From: a virus
Taxonomy: Duplodnaviria > Caudoviricetes
DNA length: 64,000 nucleotides
Strand: one strand, 5' to 3'
IMG/VR virus record: IMGVR_UViG_3300045284_000214
Coordinates: 1,062 to 65,061 of that record
A model generated the notes under the pieces. It did no database searches, was not told the DNA's origin, and saw only the letters and a program-made list of their open reading frames with translations. The position numbers were made by a program, and so were the translations under genes. Of the stretch, positions 58,488 to 64,000 are shown in pieces. Positions within the stretch are counted from its first letter, which is position 1. Every line of letters starts with the position of its first letter.

Positions 58488-58886
58488 CGCGTTATCCCTT
58501 TATTCCGCTAACAGCTATCGCTTTGCTCAATGCTTTAGTGCTAAAGCCCGTCACGCTGTTACAACGCCCCTGTCGATAGCGTCACAGCGTATGGGCCTTG
58601 GGCTGTGACTAGGCTGGCAGCATGGCATAGGGCGTTTAAACGCGCAAGGCAGATGGACCGCGTGGAAGTGTTTTTATCGGTACTAGCCCGGACACGCTCC
58701 CCAAAAATAATTAGCCATGGCCCCTCCCTCCAGCCTGACCTCCCTGCCTATGTGGCTTGTAGGCTCCTCTGGAGCCGTCTACGACGATTTGATCGATGAT
58801 GTCGGCTGACCGACGCCATTAAGTGCTTGATTTAGACGACAGGAATTCTATTATTGTTAAGCCGCCACGAGCAAATTGAGGACTGA

Positions 58887-59228
58887 ATGTCAAAAGATCG
58901 CTTGAAGGAATGGCACCGGGCATGGCTGGCCCACAGGATAGACCGCACCGAGGATTGGCTGCTGGCCATGATGGACCAGGGGTTCCATATCCATCACATC
59001 GATGAAGACCGGAAGAACAACCACCCGTCGAACCTGATACTGATCGAGGGTGGCGACCATATGCGGCTTCATGGCATGGGCTATGTCCGTGTTGGCTGGA
59101 GGCTCAAGAAGCCGAAATACCGGGTGAAAGCCATCACCGTCCGGACAGGGCCAAAGCCACTACCCAACAACCCGAGCATGATGGACAGCATCCCGCCAAA
59201 GGACTTCGCCTCTCTTTTCGTGTCTTGA
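58887..59228 (+). CDS. HNH endonuclease
   Basis: HIHHIDEDRKNNHPSNLILI...DH.RLH. Confidence 0.85.
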   Translation: MSKDRLKEWHRAWLAHRIDRTEDWLLAMMDQGFHIHHIDEDRKNNHPSNLILIEGGDHMRLHGMGYVRVGWRLKKPKYRVKAITVRTGPKPLPNNPSMMDSIPPKDFASLFVS

Positions 59229-59253
59229 CCCCGCCCTCTCCCTGCTGTATATT
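59225..59253 (+). promoter_or_regulatory. sigma70-like promoter
   Basis: TTGACC-N17-TATATT upstream of AGGAG and ATG 59277. Confidence 0.65.
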
Positions 59254-59276
59254 GCTCCTCAACAACAGGAGTTCCC

Positions 59277-59707
59277 ATGGCTGACATGCTGACGGAGATC
59301 GAATACCTGCGCCGGAGGGTGGAATTGCTGCAGAGGCTCCGGGATTGCGCCCTGAGCATCAATGACGGCATGGAGCGATCAAAACCAGGAGACTGCTTCA
59401 CCTACGAGGGCGGAATGAATGCCGTGGAATGCTTTCGTGACCTTGAAGCGCAGATTGTCTCATTCGATTATCACCACAAACCACCTCGGGAACCACGCTG
59501 GAGGGCTGCCTGATGGCCAAGCTGACACGGGACGAACTCATCGAGCGGGTGGCTGATGCCATCAAGCTTTTCGAAGGATATACCTGTCGGGAGGTAGCCA
59601 AGGTCGCCATCGAGACCTACGAGGAACTGACGACTGCCGACGCCTATGGAACCGAAGCCCGCAACAGGCTGCTGCGGGGGCTTCATGGTGGCGTGGGCGG
59701 CAAATGA
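59277..59707 (+). CDS. two small hypothetical ORFs (59277-59513, 59513-59707)
   Basis: RBSs present; stop/start coupling. Confidence 0.6.
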
Positions 59708-59913
59708 AGGTCGGTGAGCTGATTGCTGTCGCAAGAGAATGCAAAGGATGGACTTTGCGCGATCTCGAAAAGCGCACGGGCATTACGAACGCGCTACTCT
59801 CACAAATCGAGACCGGACATATCAGATCGCCCAGTTGGCGGAATGTCGTTAAGATAGCTAGGGCGCTAAATCTAAAGCTGGACCGCTTAGCGGCATGCGA
59901 GGAAGAGAAATGA
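59704..59913 (+). CDS. XRE-family HTH regulator
   Basis: ARECKGWTLRDLEKRTGITNALLSQIETG...PS...V.KIARAL. Confidence 0.9.
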   Translation: MKVGELIAVARECKGWTLRDLEKRTGITNALLSQIETGHIRSPSWRNVVKIARALNLKLDRLAACEEEK

Positions 59914-62178
59914 AGGTTTTTGGAGCCGATGAAGTCGTAACTCTCGACAAATACCAGCGAGAAGGGCGAATGCATCCATTTACCTGTACCAATCGTGGCG
60001 ACGGCAACCATCGGGATATGGGCGGTGATCTGGGTGCCTTAATCCCGACCGTGCGCGGCTGGATATGCCCATTTTGCGATTACACCCAGAATTGGGCTCA
60101 CGGCTTCATGAAGCAGCCATTACCTGATGAAACATTAAAGGAGCCCACATGAGCCGCGATCCCGATGGCAAGACCCACTGCTGCGAACAATGCCGCAAGG
60201 TGACTGATCTGTTCTACAACGATGATCAGGATGCCTGCCTCTGTGAGACCTGCATCGACAATGCCAATGAGGCGGCTTACCAGCGCCAGCAGGAAGCCGA
60301 TCTGGAGAGTCCACCGGAATCATCCCGCGAGACACAGCTGCGGACCTGGGATGAGCATCAGCGACTACACAGGCGGTAACATGGCTCTCCACTTCACCGT
60401 ACCGCTCTATCCAGCTGTCACCGGCCTTCAAAGCCCCTCAGAGTGGCCGGAGATCGATGCCAAGACCGTGGAACAGTTCAATGCATGGTTGCGGCACGAG
60501 ATACAGGCCGAGATCAAGCGTCGGGCTTCGGTACCAGACGATGCCTCGGAATCCATGTCGGGGTCCTATGGCGATGAAATATGGTTCGCCCACATGCGAG
60601 CGGCGGCCATCCTGGAGATGGTGAAGCTGGCCAGAGCCAACCGTGGCAAGTCTATTTCCGTCGATCTCTATGGTGGATTGGGTTATCGTGGCGGGATGAG
60701 GCTGGGATGACCGACAAGGAACTGGAAGCAAGGCTGAGGGCATTGCTGGACCTTGACGCGCTGCTGCAGTTCGAGCGTGAGACGGTCAAGGCCGCTATCG
60801 AGCGATTGAGGAAAAAGGCGCAATGAACTAACATTTCCCTTTACAGGCACCCCTCCATGGTGTATATCCACGCATAACAAGGGGAACCCCATGCCAGACC
60901 TCATTTTCGACATCCTGATGCTGATTGCTGCGGTCATTGCCCTTGGTGGTGCCATCATTATGGCGTGGAACAGGATTTTTTGATGAGCAACCGCCAGATA
61001 GAGCAGAACGAGGCCATCATCCTGATAAGGAAGCTGGAAGACCGCGTTGTGAGGTTGGAAGCGGCACTGCGATCATGCCATACCGTTCTTCTTGGGCGTG
61101 GAGTTGATCCAGACAGCCGCATTATTGGCATAATCAATACCGCCCTCGCACCGGAGGGGGCGGAAGAATGGAAGCCACCGCTTGGGCCAAGTGCAGGACC
61201 ATTACTGGACCGTATCGAGAAGCTGGAAAGAGCGTTGCTGGACATAACTGATTGCTACACTCTGCGGTTTGGTGGGAATGTAACTGCGCTGAAGCCAGAC
61301 CTTGGAATCAGTAAGCCTTTCGATATTGCTCTTGCCGCTCTTGCATCGGGACAGGAATGAAATCTGTCAATGACCTTCTCATCGAAATCAATGCTGCATC
61401 ACGCCGAACACGAGACGCAGCATTGCTAGCCCTTCTTTCGGACCTCAAGGAATTCCTGGAAAGCAAACCCCCAGCCCATCAGGAAAAGCCCATCCTTGAA
61501 CCGAGAGAAGGGCGACCTAAGCGACCGCGCCGTGCCAGAGGGAAGATGCCCGAGCGCGAAGCCCAGATTCGCAAGAACAAATACATGAAGCGGTACATGA
61601 AAGAGCGTCGTCACAAACAGAAGGAAGCCAGACTTGCCAGCCCCCCATCGCATTCTGATCGAGATTGTAGTCAGGTCTCACATGCCGGAAGGTCTTCCGA
61701 ACCTGCTGACGCTGACAAGGCCTTGGCCCAAGCAGAGGCGCATACCCAAAGCCAAGGCAAGCCGCCGTGGGAAGACGAGTAAGGCCAAGGCCTCCACCAA
61801 GGCGGAGAGAGCTTTCCTGAAGAAGCGGATTTATCAGCGTATTTTTATGAGGAAATATCGCGCCCGCAAGAAGAAGGAAGCCAAAGCGTGAGCCTCATTG
61901 ACCTGTCGATCAAAATAGCCATTGCCATCATCGGCATCAGCATCGGGTTCTCACTGGTGTCCTACGCGCTTGCCGAAGACTGCCCCAAGGGTGCCTCGTC
62001 CTGCAAGGTCGTGGTCATGACCCCTGAGGAGATCGCAACCCTGATCCAGCCCGGCGGCGTCTTCGACCAGTCCACTTGGGCTAACCGAAGTGGCATGACC
62101 TCCATTGTCGAGGCATGGAAGAAGAAAATCGAGACTTCACCCAATGGTACGGTGAAGGCGGATGAGCCGAAGCAATGA
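59910..62178 (+). CDS. cluster of small rightward hypothetical ORFs (incl. 59910-60152, 60149-60379, ~60381-60710, ~60983-61360, 61357-61782, 61888-62178)
   Basis: Coupled stop/start overlaps; the last ORF has a signal-like N-terminus. Confidence 0.5.
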
Positions 62179-62642
62179 ACACACCGAGAGTAGAGCGTAA
62201 ACAGGTCTCATTCTGGAACGATGAAAACAAGGAGACAGCGCGCCGTATGTATTTAGACGAGGACAAGTCATCCTCAATAGTCGGGGCCTATCTGGGTGTA
62301 ACCAGGAACTCCGTGATAGGCATCATCAACCGAATGGGACTGAAGAAGGACAAGAAGGTCGTGGTCAAGGGACCAAAGAGAGAGCGCAAGAAGTATGTAC
62401 GGGCAAGGACCGCTGCCGACAGGGTAGAGCGCCGGGCTGAAGGGCCTGCGCCTGTGCTGATCCACGGTGAAGCCATCCCGCCTCTACTGAACTCCGTGCT
62501 GGACCTGACCTATTGGAGCTGCAACTATCCATACGGAGCCCACAGCTTCCAGTTCTGCGGCAGGCCGAAGGTTCGCGGCGCATTTTGCAGACAGCATGCA
62601 ACGATTTGTTATCAGGACCCCCTTTACAGGCGTGTTAGTTGA
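62175..62642 (+). CDS. gcrA: GcrA-family cell-cycle regulator homologue
   Basis: W.DE......Y....S...VG..LGVTRNSVIG...RMGL N-domain; LDLT...C.YPYG...FQFCG.P...G.FC..H...CYQ C-domain. Confidence 0.88.
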   Translation: MNTPRVERKQVSFWNDENKETARRMYLDEDKSSSIVGAYLGVTRNSVIGIINRMGLKKDKKVVVKGPKRERKKYVRARTAADRVERRAEGPAPVLIHGEAIPPLLNSVLDLTYWSCNYPYGAHSFQFCGRPKVRGAFCRQHATICYQDPLYRRVS

Positions 62643-62674
62643 TGTTAGATTAACAACGACCTGAGAGGTGGCCC

Positions 62675-63028
62675 ATGCGCGTGTTGGTATGTGGAGGGAG
62701 ACATTATAACGATGAAGAGCGAGTAAACGCTGAGCTTGACGCTCTGGTTAAGGAGCACGGCTGGATAATTGTTATCGAGGGCGGAGCGACCGGAGCGGAT
62801 ACGCTAGCGCGTAACTGGGCCACATTACACCGAGGCGAAGACGTTGCATTAAAGACATTTGAAGCGGAATGGCGTTTGCATGGCAGAAAAGCTGGGCCGA
62901 TTCGTAATCGCAGAATGCTGATAGAGGGTCAGCCGGATTTGGTGTTGGCATTCCCGGGCGGGAGCGGAACTAGCGATATGGTTGGTAAAGCCATGGCTGC
63001 TGGTGTAAGGATCATAGAGGTGAAGTGA
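62675..63028 (+). CDS. SLOG-superfamily (DUF2493/YspA-like) protein
   Basis: RVLVCGGR.Y, IEGGATGAD, AEW..HGRKAGPIRN..ML, LAFPGG.GT.DM. Confidence 0.88.
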   Translation: MRVLVCGGRHYNDEERVNAELDALVKEHGWIIVIEGGATGADTLARNWATLHRGEDVALKTFEAEWRLHGRKAGPIRNRRMLIEGQPDLVLAFPGGSGTSDMVGKAMAAGVRIIEVK

Positions 63029-63726
63029 TGTCTATTTACGGTTACGTTAGGTGTTCCACTGTAGAGCAGGCTGACCCCAGCCATTCTTCATTGAGCGATC
63101 AGGAGCGCCGTATCCACGGTGCTGCAATGGTAAGGGGAGACAAAATCGATGAAATCCTTACTGATCCCGGTATTTCTGGTTCGGTTGCTCTCTTCGCGCG
63201 CCCTGCTGGGGCTCGTCTTCTGTCTGTTCTGCATGCTGGCGATACCATTATTGCTGCTAAAATGGATCGAATCTTTCGTTCAGTCCAGGACGCCGTCAAC
63301 ACGGCAGAGCGACTGCGACAGATGGGAGTGAACCTGATCCTGGTGGATGTCGGCACCGACCCGATCACGGAAGGCGGCGTCTCCAAGCTGTTCTTCTCGA
63401 TACTCGCAGCCGTAGCCGAGTTCGAGCGCTATCGCATTGCCGAGCGCAACATCGAGGGACGCAAGGCCAAGAAATCCCGTGGTGGCTTCATCGGTGGTGC
63501 CGCACCTTATGGCTACAAGGTCTATGGAAAGGGCAGCAATGCTGTCCTGCAGGAGGATGAAGATGAAAAGCGTGTGGTTTTTCGTATTTGCGACCTTGCC
63601 AATGGTCGTTCTCTACGGAGCGTTGCTCGTATTCTTGATGGCGAAGGCCTATCGGGTCGCGGTGGCAAAGCGTTCCATCCGGAATCTATCCAGCGCATCC
63701 TCAAGCGAGCAGGACAGGCATCGTAA
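63028..63726 (+). CDS. serine recombinase (resolvase family)
   Basis: YGYVRCST.EQ, D.GISGS....RP, KMDRIFRS, AEFER..I.ER, GG..PYGY. Confidence 0.92.
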   Translation: MSIYGYVRCSTVEQADPSHSSLSDQERRIHGAAMVRGDKIDEILTDPGISGSVALFARPAGARLLSVLHAGDTIIAAKMDRIFRSVQDAVNTAERLRQMGVNLILVDVGTDPITEGGVSKLFFSILAAVAEFERYRIAERNIEGRKAKKSRGGFIGGAAPYGYKVYGKGSNAVLQEDEDEKRVVFRICDLANGRSLRSVARILDGEGLSGRGGKAFHPESIQRILKRAGQAS

Positions 63727-64000
63727 TGGGTGATCGCGTCAGAGCTATCCAGTTCTACCAGCAGGCTCAAGAGATCAAGGAAGGGAAGGCATCCAATGCG
63801 AATCCTGCGCAGGCTTATCAACTTCTTTCGACTTCGGTGGTCACGGACCCTACATTCGCCATGGGATGGTACGAGCTTGGGAACGCGAACTCCGACAATC
63901 TATGGCGACCTGCCGCCGTGGCCGCAATACGACGATCACTGGAGCTACCAGATGGCCAAGATGGATCACTGGCAGGAGACCTTAATCCTGAATATCGGGC
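63726..64000 (+). CDS. N-terminal fragment of a TPR protein, 3'-truncated by window
   Basis: ATG 63726 overlaps the recombinase stop and stays open to the end: ...DPTFAMGWYELGNANSD...AAVAAIRRSLELP. Confidence 0.75.
   Translation, partial: MGDRVRAIQFYQQAQEIKEGKASNANPAQAYQLLSTSVVTDPTFAMGWYELGNANSDNLWRPAAVAAIRRSLELPDGQDGSLAGDLNPEYR

Noticed and set aside
63028-63726. IS607-like transposon or large serine integrase
   Set aside because: There is no adjacent TnpB and no N-terminal MerR HTH, and it is too short for a large serine integrase.

Overview
The window is most, probably nearly all, of a tailed dsDNA phage or prophage-like genome. A podovirus-type virion is inferred from the portal, scaffold, capsid, adaptor, nozzle and ejection-protein order, with no tape measure. 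An alphaproteobacterial host is inferred from a GcrA homologue. Layout: sugar synthesis/transfer cluster (1-4.8 kb); terminase and head (5-14 kb); tail and ejection proteins (14-31.6 kb); GH19 lysis cassette (31.6-33.6 kb); second spike/fibre cluster (33.6-39.3 kb); leftward early arm (40-45.8 kb); divergent HTH switch, RusA and adenine MTase (45.6-47 kb); helicase and primase (49.7-52 kb); second leftward early arm with an SprT-like protease (55-58 kb); rightward arm with HNH, HTH, GcrA, SLOG and a serine recombinase. The window ends in a TPR N-terminus that plausibly joins the GT9-like C-terminus at position 1, suggesting a circular map. The standout is 47.7-49.7 kb: a stand-alone RAMP/Cas7-like gene, a partner gene, then a ~670-nt non-coding array closed by an intrinsic terminator. 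The array is built of 5-nt units (GG-biased triplet plus variable dinucleotide), cut into ~11 segments by a 4-nt GGCA linker. This is a candidate non-CRISPR RNA-guided system. Also notable are a hairpin-dense ~650-nt non-coding region just upstream and a CGTTTAAACG palindrome repeated eight times. All calls come from motif recognition by eye; no searches were run.
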